Shown one piece after another: positions 49,419 to 59,868 of a stretch of 64,000 nucleotides of DNA. The stretch is from NCBI GenBank assembly GCA_021513695.1, contig CP084166.1:1088001-1152000 (forward strand), written 5' to 3'. The notes under the pieces were generated by a model. The model searched no databases. It was not told the DNA's origin and saw nothing but the letters and a program-made list of their open reading frames with translations. This DNA is from Candidatus Heimdallarchaeum aukensis (GTDB lineage: Archaea; Asgardarchaeota; Heimdallarchaeia; Heimdallarchaeales; Heimdallarchaeaceae). Each line of letters begins with the position of its first letter. Position 1 is the stretch's first letter. The position numbers were made by a program, and so were the translations under genes.

Positions 49419-52346
49419 GTGATTACTATGGGCAAAAAGAAGAAGTCTATTCAAATCAACCAAGAGATTATTTATGGACACACGCTTACCCCAGACGAAG
49501 TTGCTCTTAAATTAGGGACAGATCTTAAATTTGGGTTAAAAGAAAAAGATATCGAAAAAAGGCAAGATATGTTTGGAAAAAATGTTATTCCTCCTGTTAA
49601 AGGAAACATTTGGGATGTTTACTTAGCTCCTCTTTTTAATTGGTTGATTAATATTTACTTAATCGTTGCCGCAATTTTAGCCATTTTAGCAATTTGGGTT
49701 CCTGGTCAATGGTCCCAGATAGGTTTTTGGATGATTATTATATTATTTAATGTTGCATTCACCATTTTTCAGCAAGTTAGAGCACAGTTTAAGCTTGATG
49801 CTTTACACAAGTTAACAGCTCCTACCTCTGTTGTAATTAGAGATGCTATTCCTGATACCGTAGAAGCTGCAGAACTTGTCCCTGGGGACTTAATAGAACT
49901 AGATCAAGGAGATAGGGTACCTGCAGATGCTAGAATAATTCAAGCAAATAATTGTTTAGTTAATGAATCAGCACTAACTGGCGAATCTATTGCTGTTGAA
50001 AAAACAAACAACACAAAAATTACTTTACCTATGGATACACCTATCGGTCAAAGAAGCAATATGCTTTTTACTGGTACATATATAGAGAGTGGGAGAGCTG
50101 TAGCTGTTGTAACCAATACTGGTATATTCACTGAACTTGGAAAACTATCAAAAGAGCTTGAGAATATAAGTACAAACGAGATTCCAATTAGAGCTAAGGT
50201 TAATAGATTAGCAATGTGGTTAGGAATAGCTGTAGTTTCATATTTGATTATCTCTGTTATTTACAAAGTCATTTATCATCTAAAAAGAGGAACGTTAGAA
50301 AACATTGATATCTTTCTTCAAGATATCGTTTCTTCTCTTACAACTTCAATGGCAATAATGCCAATTACCATCCCTCTTCTAACTACACTTATTTTAATTA
50401 CAGGAGTTCTCTCAATGGCTAAAAAAAGAGTAATCATAAGAAATTTGTCAGCAGTGGAGACTCTTGGTAGAAGTTCTGTTTTATGCACTGACAAAACGGG
50501 AACTATTACAGCTAATCAGATGACTATTCAGAGGATTTGGGATACATCTTTATTTTATGGTGTTTCGGGTTCAGGCTATAGTATTCAAGGAGCAATTTTC
50601 CCAATTGGCGAAGAGAAAGAAGTAAAAATCGAAGAATATATGATTCCAGATTATTCAAGACCTTTTACAAAAGGTTCTCCTCTACAAGATATTCTAATTG
50701 GAGGTTTCTTAAATAATAATGCTCACTTAGTTGTTGAAGAAGTGTTTGAACCTTTTCATCAAACTTCTTGGAAAACAACAGGAGATCCTACTGATGGAGC
50801 TTTTCTTGCATTATTCAACAAGTCAGGATTAAGAGAAGAGGAAGTTAAAAAGGAATTCGGTTTTCTTAAGGAATTCAATTTTGATTCCACAATTAAAAGG
50901 ATGAGTAAACTTTACGAAATAGAAGAAGGTTATATTCTATTCTGTAAAGGTGCAACAGAAACTATCTTACCCTTATGTAATAGTATAGGTTCATCTTCAG
51001 GCTCTACTCCTTTGACTGAAGAAAAAAGGAAAGAGATTATAGAAAATGTTAACTACTTTGCATCTCAAGGTTATAGGGTAATTTCACTAGCTTTACGGAT
51101 TTTGCCCAAAGGAGAGCTAATTCCTGATGAAAGAGAAGAAGTAGAAAAAGATCTGGTTTACAATGGTTTTGTTGCCATGCTTGACCCTCCCAGATATGGT
51201 GTTAAAGAAGCAGTGGAAGAATGTTATAATGCTCAGATAACTCCAATTATGATCACTGGTGATTCTCTCTTAACTGCTAAAGCAATAGGTAAAGAAGTAG
51301 GAATAATAAAAGAGGGACAATTGGCAGTAGAAGGAAATAAAATTTCAGAACTATCAGATGAAGAATTCTTTAACACAAGAATTTTTGCTAGAGTTTCTCC
51401 TCAACATAAACAGGAGATTGTTGCAAAGTACCAGAGTAAAGATAAAATCGTTAGTATGACAGGAGATGGAGTAAACGATGCTTTAGCTTTGACTAATGCA
51501 GATGTAGGAATATGTATGGGCATTGCAGGAACAGATGTGGCTAAACAAGCTTCTGATGTTGTTATTGCAGACGATAGTTTTACAAGTACGGTTTTAGGAA
51601 TAAGAGAAGGAAGAGGGTTATTCGAAAAAATAAGAGTAATGATCTTTTTCTACATTTCATTAAATGTCGCCGAAGCTCTAGTTTACTTTACTAGTTCGTT
51701 TATCCCTGGCTTTCATTTATTAAATGACTATCAAAGAGTAATTATTTTTTCAACTGCCCACGCTATTCCCCCTCTTGCTTTCATAGTTGATTCGATAGCA
51801 AGCGATATCATGAATTATCCACCAAAAGATAACGAAGATATATTCAACAAAAGATATGTCATTGCGTTAGCTTCTCTGGCTACTACACTTGCTCTATCCT
51901 CTGGATTAATTTATATCTTGGCTTATACTGGAATTATTCCTGTATTCTCTTTTAATCAAGCAATACCTCTGGCTGAAGATACCCTAAACGCTGCGCAATC
52001 TTGGGAACAAGCAAAAGCTAGAACCATGTTTGTAATGGTTTTAGTTATTAGCGAAAGTTTAGTTGTTTTATCTCTACGAAGATTCAACAAGAGTTTAATA
52101 AAATCATTAAAAGAAGATTGGAAAAACATAGTTATGATTTTAGTCTTTGTAGTTCCTATCGGTCATATTTTAACTATGTACATCTTACCTTTCCAGAATT
52201 TCCTTAAAAACGCCATTGGGTTCAACTTAGAATATCTTCCTTTGTCAATTATAGATTGGTTAATTTTGATACCGGCTATTCTTTTTCCAATAATTGCTCT
52301 AGAGACAACAAAATGGCTAGTTAGAAAAAGGAAAAAATATTTCTGA
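49419..52346 (+). CDS. P-type cation-transporting ATPase (type II, Ca2+/Mg2+-like)
   Basis: Motifs TGES, CTDKTGTIT (phosphorylation site), MITGD and GDGVNDALAL, with 10 TM segments. Length is 975 aa. Confidence 0.85.
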   Translation: MITMGKKKKSIQINQEIIYGHTLTPDEVALKLGTDLKFGLKEKDIEKRQDMFGKNVIPPVKGNIWDVYLAPLFNWLINIYLIVAAILAILAIWVPGQWSQIGFWMIIILFNVAFTIFQQVRAQFKLDALHKLTAPTSVVIRDAIPDTVEAAELVPGDLIELDQGDRVPADARIIQANNCLVNESALTGESIAVEKTNNTKITLPMDTPIGQRSNMLFTGTYIESGRAVAVVTNTGIFTELGKLSKELENISTNEIPIRAKVNRLAMWLGIAVVSYLIISVIYKVIYHLKRGTLENIDIFLQDIVSSLTTSMAIMPITIPLLTTLILITGVLSMAKKRVIIRNLSAVETLGRSSVLCTDKTGTITANQMTIQRIWDTSLFYGVSGSGYSIQGAIFPIGEEKEVKIEEYMIPDYSRPFTKGSPLQDILIGGFLNNNAHLVVEEVFEPFHQTSWKTTGDPTDGAFLALFNKSGLREEEVKKEFGFLKEFNFDSTIKRMSKLYEIEEGYILFCKGATETILPLCNSIGSSSGSTPLTEEKRKEIIENVNYFASQGYRVISLALRILPKGELIPDEREEVEKDLVYNGFVAMLDPPRYGVKEAVEECYNAQITPIMITGDSLLTAKAIGKEVGIIKEGQLAVEGNKISELSDEEFFNTRIFARVSPQHKQEIVAKYQSKDKIVSMTGDGVNDALALTNADVGICMGIAGTDVAKQASDVVIADDSFTSTVLGIREGRGLFEKIRVMIFFYISLNVAEALVYFTSSFIPGFHLLNDYQRVIIFSTAHAIPPLAFIVDSIASDIMNYPPKDNEDIFNKRYVIALASLATTLALSSGLIYILAYTGIIPVFSFNQAIPLAEDTLNAAQSWEQAKARTMFVMVLVISESLVVLSLRRFNKSLIKSLKEDWKNIVMILVFVVPIGHILTMYILPFQNFLKNAIGFNLEYLPLSIIDWLILIPAILFPIIALETTKWLVRKRKKYF

Positions 52347-52413
52347 AAACCATTTAAATTCATTTTTTCTTTTTTTCTGCGTAAATGTTATTAAGGGAGA
52401 AGTTGAAAAACGA

Positions 52414-52794
52414 ATGAAAATGATTGGAGTAAATTATCATATTAAAATGATAATACCTAATAAAGGAGAAATAAATGCAGAATTAATAAGAATCAAAGCT
52501 CCTCAGTTAACTGAGCAGTTGGTTAGAATACTTCCCTTGAACACAAGAGCCATCAGGAGAGAAAATATTTTCTTAATTCCTATAAACCAGACTTTTGGTA
52601 TTGAAAAACCAATGAAAAAAGTAAAGAAGGGAGATCTAGTTTATGACCCAAAATCTCAAGCAATATTAGTTATTTTGGAAGATTCAGAACTAGACTTCAG
52701 AGTAGCACAAATAGGAATAGTTGTTAAAAACCTTGATTTAATTCAAGAGATAAAAACAACCGTGGGAGTAAGAATTGAAAGCCTTAGCCAATAA
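52414..52794 (+). CDS. hypothetical 126-aa protein
   Basis: ORF only. Confidence 0.35.
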   Translation: MKMIGVNYHIKMIIPNKGEINAELIRIKAPQLTEQLVRILPLNTRAIRRENIFLIPINQTFGIEKPMKKVKKGDLVYDPKSQAILVILEDSELDFRVAQIGIVVKNLDLIQEIKTTVGVRIESLSQ

Positions 52795-52830
52795 TAAATT
52801 AGATTGACCTTGTAATCAAATTTTATTTGC

Positions 52831-53031
52831 TTATTTTTCATCTTCAACTATAATTCTTTGAAGAAAAATGTTACACTCCTTACAAACTAAAAAATCAAAA
52901 GTTTCTTTTTCTTTATAGTAAATTTGGAAATGCATTGGTTTGTTACATTTTCCGCACTTTACTTCTGTCTCTTGCTCTTCAATTAGAATCAATTCATTTA
53001 CATCCACTCTCGGAGAAACATATTTCTGCAT
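52831..53031 (-). CDS. small zinc-ribbon protein
   Basis: CGKCNKPMHF ... CKECN, two CxxC knuckles in 66 aa. Confidence 0.35.
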   Translation of the reverse strand: MQKYVSPRVDVNELILIEEQETEVKCGKCNKPMHFQIYYKEKETFDFLVCKECNIFLQRIIVEDEK

Positions 53032-53152
53032 TAGACAACAACCCTTAGATTCTCAATGAAAAAATGTATATTTATTAATAAAGCTTTTTAAACAAAATAT
53101 AGTAAAAATGGATTCTAAAAGAATCCTTTAGTTTGCTTTGATTTTTAGTTGT

Positions 53153-53440
53153 TTAGCTTCTTCGGAGTGTAATGTCGATAGTACTTACAGTCTTTACTCC
53201 AGTGTCAGTTTCTATCTCTTCAGAGCCTATTTTGATGTCATCAATTTTGATTTGTTCAGCTAGGAATTTGCGAGTACTAATTTCTGCTACATCTACAGCT
53301 TTGCTTATTGAACGACCACGAGCTTTGAGAATACATTCATCAGCTCCTTTGTTAAAGATAGTCACTACCACTAGACAGTAAGACATTGTTCCTTTTCTAC
53401 CGATGTAAATTACTTGTTGATCTTGTTGTTCTTCAGACAT
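53153..53440 (-). CDS. albA: Alba (Sso10b) chromatin/RNA-binding protein
   Basis: VIYIGRKGTMSYCLVVVTIFNKGADECILKARGRSISKAVDVAEI is a close match to the Alba consensus (KARGRAISKAVD). Length is 95 aa. Confidence 0.85.
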   Translation of the reverse strand: MSEEQQDQQVIYIGRKGTMSYCLVVVTIFNKGADECILKARGRSISKAVDVAEISTRKFLAEQIKIDDIKIGSEEIETDTGVKTVSTIDITLRRS

Positions 53441-53541
53441 GTTTATCCATCCTCGTTAATTGGTTTTAATGATTTTTTCAAATTGATATTTATAAAGTTT
53501 ATTAACTGGTAAACATTGAGACTAAAGAGAAAAAAAAATAC

Positions 53542-54153
53542 TTAAGGCTTATATCTATCAAATAAGAAAAAGTGCAGTTTTCCTTTCATTTTTGTGGCTA
53601 AAACAAAGTTTTTTCTTACTGTGGTTGCAAGCCGTCCAGCTCTAACTAATTCAATTGGATTAATAGAGCCTTCTTTCTTTATAATTTGAACAAGATAAGG
53701 AGAGTGTTCTAATCCTGGGCCTTTAGTATAAACAGCAAAGTCAGTACCAAACTTCAATCCAGGTTTAACAACATAACCTTTTTCTCTTAAATGGTTGTAA
53801 ACCTCCATTTTCTGGTCAAAATTGATGTGATTTTCGCGACATCGTTTAAGAAACTGCTCTTTATCCAAAAGATTACCCTCTTCATCAAAGATCTCAATTA
53901 TCTTCTTTTCTTGGAGATAAAAAGCTTCAAAGTAAGACAACTCTAAAGGGTCTCTAAATTCATCACCGATATTAGGCTTTCTGACACCTATGGGCTTACC
54001 ATAAAAACCATTATTGTATAGCCAAGTTCCTTTTTCTAAGTCCCATACGACTACTCGGTTGCCAATAAATTGAGCTTTAATTAGTTCATTCATTCTTGTT
54101 ACTAGTGATATAACCATTTTTATTTTTATGTTTTTTAGTGAAAAAAACCACAA
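53542..54153 (-). CDS. endA: tRNA-splicing endonuclease EndA
   Basis: The C-terminal catalytic domain has LREKGYVVKPGLKFGTDFAVYTKGPG..HSPYLV and a basic RLATTVRK region. The true start may be the internal Met (MVISLV...). Confidence 0.7.
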   Translation of the reverse strand: MWFFSLKNIKIKMVISLVTRMNELIKAQFIGNRVVVWDLEKGTWLYNNGFYGKPIGVRKPNIGDEFRDPLELSYFEAFYLQEKKIIEIFDEEGNLLDKEQFLKRCRENHINFDQKMEVYNHLREKGYVVKPGLKFGTDFAVYTKGPGLEHSPYLVQIIKKEGSINPIELVRAGRLATTVRKNFVLATKMKGKLHFFLFDRYKP

Positions 54154-54188
54154 AAAATAAAGATAATGACGATTTTATTTAATTATAG

Positions 54189-55382
54189 ATGACCAATACT
54201 AACGATTTTCCCTTATCTATTGAGAAATATGTCCAACAATGCATTTACTGTGGATATTGTTCTGTATGCCCAACATATAAAGAAATAGGTTGGGAGAGTA
54301 ATCATCCCCGAGGAATTCTTAAACAGATTGAAAAATACATCAATGAGGATACAAGTAGAGAAGAACAAAAAACTTTGTTTCAAGCAGTTTTTGATTGTAC
54401 TTTGTGTGGAGCGTGTCAAAATATTTGTTTGTCTGACATCCCGATCATAGATATTTGGATACAGATGAGAAAAGAAGCATTTGATAAAGGTCTTTGGAAA
54501 CAAGAATTAGTTCAAGTAACAGAATTTGTTAAAACAACCCATAATATATATGGATTAGAACCAGAGGACAGATTAAAATGGACAGAATATGTGAATATTA
54601 ACCTTAATCGAAGAGTGAAAAAGAATAAACCAGTCCTATTCTTTTTTGGTTGCCAAGCTTCTTATTCAGGAAAAATGATGAAAATAGCAGAAAGTGCAGT
54701 AAAAGTCCTTCGTAAAGCAAAAGTCGATTTCACAGTACTAGGAGAAGATGAATGGTGTTGTGGTTCACCCATATTCCTGGGAGGAGGATTTGATCTAGGA
54801 AAATCTTTAGCGAAACACAATCTAGAAGAAATAAAAAAACTAGGTATAAAGACACTTGTAACTGCATGTTCAGGATGTTATAGAACTTTCAAAAACGTTT
54901 ATCCAAATATCTTAGGTGAAGAATGGAACATAGAAGTACTTCATTTCTCAGAACTTATTTCCAAATTGATAAAAGAAGGGAAAATAGAGTTTAAAAAGGA
55001 ATTATCAGAAAAAATTACTTACAAAGACCCATGTGAGTTAGTAAGGCATACTGGAGTAATTCAAGCTCCAAGAGATGTAATTTTAAACATCAAAAACGTT
55101 CGCTATGAAGAGTTAATCTCCAATAAAGAAAATGCACTTTGTTGTGGGGGAGGAGGTTTACTAAAAATCAATAATCGTCCTTTAGTTGAGCAAGTAAATG
55201 ATAGATTAATGGACGAAATTGCTTATTCTGAAGCAGATATTGTGGTAAACAATTGCCCTCTTTGTCTAGACACAATTAGCCTAGGTGTGAAGAAGAAAAA
55301 CCTGAATGTAGAAGTCATAGATATGACAGAACTTGTAGCGCGAGCTATGGGAATAAAGGAGAAGGAGGAGGATAAGGATTAA
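54189..55382 (+). CDS. HdrD/GlcF/LutA-like iron-sulfur oxidoreductase (2x[4Fe-4S] + two CCG domains)
   Basis: CIYCGYCSVCP and CTLCGACQNIC ferredoxin motifs, followed by cysteine-rich CCG domains (CCGSP, CCGGGG). Confidence 0.7.
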   Translation: MTNTNDFPLSIEKYVQQCIYCGYCSVCPTYKEIGWESNHPRGILKQIEKYINEDTSREEQKTLFQAVFDCTLCGACQNICLSDIPIIDIWIQMRKEAFDKGLWKQELVQVTEFVKTTHNIYGLEPEDRLKWTEYVNINLNRRVKKNKPVLFFFGCQASYSGKMMKIAESAVKVLRKAKVDFTVLGEDEWCCGSPIFLGGGFDLGKSLAKHNLEEIKKLGIKTLVTACSGCYRTFKNVYPNILGEEWNIEVLHFSELISKLIKEGKIEFKKELSEKITYKDPCELVRHTGVIQAPRDVILNIKNVRYEELISNKENALCCGGGGLLKINNRPLVEQVNDRLMDEIAYSEADIVVNNCPLCLDTISLGVKKKNLNVEVIDMTELVARAMGIKEKEEDKD

Positions 55383-55539
55383 AGACAATGAAAGAGCGCA
55401 ATTTAGAAGATTCTTTAAAAAGAGATTCGAAGAAGGAGAACATATTTTAGAACTTTATACAAGAGATTTTGCTAAAGTTCCAAATTTAGTAAAAAAACTA
55501 GTTATTGCTAAACCAGAAGCAGTAATATTAGTAGAAACA

Positions 55540-56781
55540 GTGGAAGACATTAAGAAAGCATTTGAGATAGCAAATAAAACAAAAATACCTCTTATCCCTC
55601 GCGCAGGAGCTACTTCAGGACATGGAGGAACACTAGTTTATAAAAAAGGAATAATAGTCGATCTAACAAAACTTAACAGGATAATAGATATAGAGTTGAT
55701 GGATCAATCAGTAACAGTAGAACCAGCAGTAACTTTCCACGACCTAGAAAAAGCTCTAACAATGCAAAGTTTAGCTCTTTGCTCCTATCCATCAAGTATC
55801 TACTCAGGAACAATAGGAGGGTGGATAGCACAAGGAGGAGAAGGTATAGGGAGTTTGAAATATGGAAGCATTATAGACCTATTACTGGGTTTAGAAGTAG
55901 TTTTACCCAATGGAAGTGTAAAATACTACACTGAGAAAGAAGATTTTGAAATGTTTGTAGGAGCACAAGGAACAACGGGAATAATAACAAAAATAAAAAT
56001 GAAGTTTAGATTTGATATACCTCTAAAACATATAGCTTTTACATTTGATAACTTCACAGACATGCTAAAAGGGTTATCAAGATGTAGAGAAGTAGAACCA
56101 TTTTCAGTTTGGTTCCTAAATAAACATAAAGTAGATTACCTAAATAAAACACTAGGATATATCTTACCTTCACGTCATCTAGTAATTGTTTCAAAAGAGA
56201 TAAGCTATGATGAAGAAGAAAAAGAGTTCAGAGAAAAAATATACAAGATAGTAAGAGAAGAAAAAGGACAGCTAATTTCAGATTATTATATTCAAGGAAT
56301 TTGGAAAGCAAGATTCAAAATCTTTTCAATATTAAAAGAAATGGACAACTATATTTTGGGAGAAGTAAGCATACCCTTAGATTACGGAGCAGCGTATATA
56401 GAGAATCTACCAAAGAAAATAGATAGAAAAATATTGATAGAAGGAACAATGGTCTCTTTTTCCACTGTATCAATAATCTTGAATTTGGTGCTAAAAACAG
56501 ACCAATCAAAAATTAAACAATATAAAAAATTCTTGAAAGTCTATAAATGGATACTAAAAGCAATAAAAATAGGTGGATTCCCCTCAGCAACAGGGTTGTG
56601 GTTCGGAGGATATTACCACACTATTTATGGAAAAGAAAGAGAAGAGAAATTATTGAAATTTAAGAAAGAAGTAGATAAAAACAATATTTGCAATCCGGAT
56701 AAAGTATGGTCGCCTAAAGTAAAACAATTACCCTTAATCTCTTTGAAAACAGCGATAAAAATTATTGGTGGATTATTTTGA
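55540..56781 (+). CDS. FAD-linked oxidase (GlcD / D-lactate dehydrogenase-like); true N terminus is upstream in this frame from ~55357 with an apparent frameshift
   Basis: FAD-binding type-4 motif IPLIPRAGATSGHGG. The conserved PEAVILVETVEDIK start of the FAD domain lies upstream of the GTG at 55540, with no in-frame ATG. The ATG at 55388 is in another frame. Confidence 0.6.
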   Translation: MEDIKKAFEIANKTKIPLIPRAGATSGHGGTLVYKKGIIVDLTKLNRIIDIELMDQSVTVEPAVTFHDLEKALTMQSLALCSYPSSIYSGTIGGWIAQGGEGIGSLKYGSIIDLLLGLEVVLPNGSVKYYTEKEDFEMFVGAQGTTGIITKIKMKFRFDIPLKHIAFTFDNFTDMLKGLSRCREVEPFSVWFLNKHKVDYLNKTLGYILPSRHLVIVSKEISYDEEEKEFREKIYKIVREEKGQLISDYYIQGIWKARFKIFSILKEMDNYILGEVSIPLDYGAAYIENLPKKIDRKILIEGTMVSFSTVSIILNLVLKTDQSKIKQYKKFLKVYKWILKAIKIGGFPSATGLWFGGYYHTIYGKEREEKLLKFKKEVDKNNICNPDKVWSPKVKQLPLISLKTAIKIIGGLF

Positions 56782-57212
56782 AAATAAAGGAATACTTTTT
56801 TCCTGAAGATTTACTGTATGATATAAGTAAACCAGGACACATTTGGATAAGGAAAATAGAAGAAAATAAAATAGAGATAGGAATAGACGATTATGCAGCT
56901 AAACGTGCAGGAGAAATAGAGTTTATTAGAACAATGAAAGTTGGAAAACAAATTACAAAAGGGGGAACAATAGGAACATACGAAACAGGAAAATGGATAG
57001 GACAAATAAAAAGTCCAGTATCAGGAAAAATAGTAGAGAAAAATGAACTACTAAAAAAGCAACCAGAGTTGGTAAATAAAGCACCCTATAGTGCATGGAT
57101 AGTGAGAATAGAAGGAGCAAAAATAGAAGAAGAACTAAAAGAAAATGAGTTGATAGTAGAAGCAGGAGAAAAACTGAAAGAGCACATATTATTTAGAATC
57201 TCAAAAGAATAA
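56778..57212 (+). CDS. GcvH-like lipoyl-domain protein (glycine-cleavage H-protein family)
   Basis: GIDDYAAKRAGEIEFI ... GTYETGKWIGQIKSPVSGKIVEKNELL ... PELVNKAPYSAWIV fits the GcvH pattern, including the lipoyl-Lys position. It overlaps the FAD-oxidase stop by 4 nt. Confidence 0.6.
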   Translation: MKIKEYFFPEDLLYDISKPGHIWIRKIEENKIEIGIDDYAAKRAGEIEFIRTMKVGKQITKGGTIGTYETGKWIGQIKSPVSGKIVEKNELLKKQPELVNKAPYSAWIVRIEGAKIEEELKENELIVEAGEKLKEHILFRISKE

Positions 57213-57245
57213 AGAAAAAAAAAGAAAATTCCTGGAAAAGAACAA

Positions 57246-58067
57246 TTAAAGTAAAATTCCTAAAAGGAAGAAAAGAATAATTATTAAACCAAGAACTAAA
57301 CAAACAAAAGCAAAACTGTATTTTTTAGCAACACGAAGAAGTAATTCAATGGTTAAGAAGCCAATTATAGCTGTAACCAAAATAGCTAAACTTATCTCCC
57401 ACCATTTGAAGAGAAGAACAGGTTCGTGAGTGATAAGTGACCAAGATAAGTTGAGTGTAAAACCTCCAAGAACAGCAGGAATGCTCATAATAAAACTGCC
57501 TTTAAGAGCTTCCTCTTTATCCACACCAAGAAAAAGCAACCCACCAACAGTGGTACCAGAACGACTGATACCAGGAATAATAGTAAAACCCTGCAATAAA
57601 CCAACAATAAGCATACGTTTCTTACTCAGTTCAGCGATAGTAACACCTTCTTTCTCAACCTTACGTGAAAAATAAAGAACAAAAGCTGTAACTAAAAGAG
57701 CAAGACCAATAATTAAGGTAATGTACTCGCCAAAAACAGGATTCTCACCTAAATAGGATAATAAAAGATAACAAGGAATACCAGTGATAGCTGTACCAAA
57801 AGTAGTAACTAAAATAAACCAACGCCATTGAACAACCTCAGGAGAACGAACGCGAAAATCAATAAAAAAGAAAAGCTCCTTGTAATATTTTAAAACAACA
57901 GCAATAAGAGTACCTAAATGAAGCCACAAAGAAAGAGAAATAGCTTCTTGAGAACCAATATGCAAAAAAGAAACAAGTAAAGTAACAGATTGACCTTCAG
58001 AACTGACAGGTAACCACTCCAATAAACCTTGAAGGACAGCAAAAAGAAGTAAAAACCAGAAGAGCAT
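57246..58067 (-). CDS. uppP: undecaprenyl-diphosphate phosphatase (UppP/BacA)
   Basis: N-terminal QGLLEWLPVSSEGQ and the IIPGISRSGTT signature, with 8 TM segments. Confidence 0.8.
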   Translation of the reverse strand: MLFWFLLLFAVLQGLLEWLPVSSEGQSVTLLVSFLHIGSQEAISLSLWLHLGTLIAVVLKYYKELFFFIDFRVRSPEVVQWRWFILVTTFGTAITGIPCYLLLSYLGENPVFGEYITLIIGLALLVTAFVLYFSRKVEKEGVTIAELSKKRMLIVGLLQGFTIIPGISRSGTTVGGLLFLGVDKEEALKGSFIMSIPAVLGGFTLNLSWSLITHEPVLLFKWWEISLAILVTAIIGFLTIELLLRVAKKYSFAFVCLVLGLIIILFFLLGILL

Positions 58068-58208
58068 GAGGTAAAAAAAAGAGAGACAGATAAAAATATA
58101 TCTATTAAATAAGAAAAGATGAAAAAGGAAAATAGCAAAATATAATAAAAAAAAGTAATCATTTAGTACAAAAAAAGAAAAAGTCTAGAATGAAAAAAAA
58201 GGGAGGGG

Positions 58209-59114
58209 TTAAAAAACAAAGCTAGGCAGGAGAGAAATAATAAATAAAAGAGTAAATATCATGTGCAACTGTGCAGTGTGAACATCGATAATAGAAAAAA
58301 TCTTTTCATTTTCATTTTTAAGAGCAATGATGTTCTTTAACGCAAGTGGAAAAGTCAAAAAAGTCAAAAGAGACCAATAATCAACTATGTCCAACAACAA
58401 ATAAACAAAAACAAGAATAAAAGGTAAGACAACTAATAAAACATACTCAAAGAAAGCAAAGCGTTTACCAAATAAAATAGAGAGAGATTTCATACCAAAA
58501 CCAGCATCGATTTCAAGATCACGGTAGTTATTGCCCTGTAGAACAGCCAAAATAAGCAAAGCTTGAGGAAGAGATAAGAAGAGAGATAACCAAGAAAAGA
58601 AACCTGATTGAACAATAAAAGTACCAAGAGTTATGCCAATACCAAAAGTAAAAAATATAGCAAACTCACCAAGACCACGATATTTTAACTCAAAAGGAGC
58701 TAAACCATAGAAAAAAGCAAGAATAACACCTAACAAACCTAAATATAAAACCCAAAAAATCCTGGTAAGATAGAAAATATACAAACCAACAAAAATACCA
58801 ACTAAAAAAGAAAAAAATCCAACCCAAAAAACATGTTTTGGAATAAGTAAACCCCTAACAAGAATCCTACCTTGGGTGTGAATATTAGAAACATCAATGC
58901 CTTTCTTGAAATCAACATATTCGGAAACAAGATTAGCACCTAAATGTAAAAGAAAAATACCAATGAAAGTTAAAAAAGCAAGAAACCAATTAATGTAACT
59001 AATTTCGTACCAGGAAATAATAAGACCAAGTGTAACAGTAAATAAACTAAGAGTAAAAGAAAAAGGACGAGAAACAATAAACCATAATTTAAATCTGGAA
59101 AGAAAAGTTAACAT
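58209..59114 (-). CDS. UbiA-family prenyltransferase
   Basis: A 9-TM protein with Asp-rich motifs (NLVSEYVDFKKGID and NNYRDLEIDAGFG). Confidence 0.6.
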   Translation of the reverse strand: MLTFLSRFKLWFIVSRPFSFTLSLFTVTLGLIISWYEISYINWFLAFLTFIGIFLLHLGANLVSEYVDFKKGIDVSNIHTQGRILVRGLLIPKHVFWVGFFSFLVGIFVGLYIFYLTRIFWVLYLGLLGVILAFFYGLAPFELKYRGLGEFAIFFTFGIGITLGTFIVQSGFFSWLSLFLSLPQALLILAVLQGNNYRDLEIDAGFGMKSLSILFGKRFAFFEYVLLVVLPFILVFVYLLLDIVDYWSLLTFLTFPLALKNIIALKNENEKIFSIIDVHTAQLHMIFTLLFIISLLPSFVF

Positions 59115-59496
59115 CTGAAATCACAACTAAAAAAAAACATTTGACCGATTAAAAAAAGATTGTTGTTAAAATAAAAAAAGGAAATGATATAGGAAGAAGA
59201 AGAGTAGAAAAGAAGGAAAATTAAAAGGAAATAATAAATAAATACAAAACAAACTGTGAAAAAAAAAGAGCAAAAAGGAAAACAAACCAATGAAACGATA
59301 GAAATACATAAGAATTTTAGCCCAGGAAGCTTCAGGAAAAATCTTTTCTACGCATTAAGAGATTAAAATCAATTTTAATCCTACCAAATCGATGAGAAAT
59401 AATAGGATATAAGAATTCTACAAAAATATAAGTAAAAAGGATAAGAATAGAAAAACCTAGACAAAGCAAATAGATTAAACTCTTAAGAAAACAGAT

Positions 59497-59571
59497 TGGT
59501 AGTCCCCAGGAGATTTGAACTCCTGCCCCCGGATCCAGAGTCCGGGATCCTTGCCACTAGACTAGGGGACT
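59497..59571 (-). tRNA. tRNA-Gln (anticodon CUG)
   Basis: The reverse complement folds as AGTCCCC/GGGGACT acceptor, CCGGA-CTCTGGA-TCCGG anticodon arm and AGGAG-TTCAAAT-CTCCT T arm, followed by ACCA. Confidence 0.8.
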
Positions 59572-59606
59572 CTAAATTACAAGCGGTAACAAAGGATTGG
59601 AAAAGA

Positions 59607-59681
59607 TGGTAGTCCCCAGGAGATTCGAACTCCTGCCACCGGATTCAAAGTCCGGAATCCTTGCCGCTAGACTAGGGGACT
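59607..59681 (-). tRNA. tRNA-Gln (anticodon UUG)
   Basis: Same scaffold as the neighbouring tRNA, with anticodon loop CTTTGAA and T loop TTCGAAT. It lies 35 nt from the first tRNA-Gln. Confidence 0.8.
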
Positions 59682-59868
59682 TTTTATCTTAACTATTAGT
59701 CTTCTGTCGATTCTTTTTTTTAATTGTGTTTTAAACTTTTCTTTATCTACTATGCTTTATAAACTATTAAATTTTTTTGATTTTTTTCGACTTTTTTCTT
59801 TTTTTCTTTCTCTCATTCTTTTTCCTTATCAAAAAATAAATAAGAGTAAACTTACATTTTATATTATT

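Noticed and set aside
57914-58162. Small hydrophobic minus-strand ORFs in low-complexity A/T-rich spacers (e.g. 82 aa at 57914-58162, 60 aa at 59108-59290)
   Set aside because: They overlap the ends of uppP and the UbiA gene or lie in poly-A/T spacers, with poly-Phe/Leu composition and no motif support.
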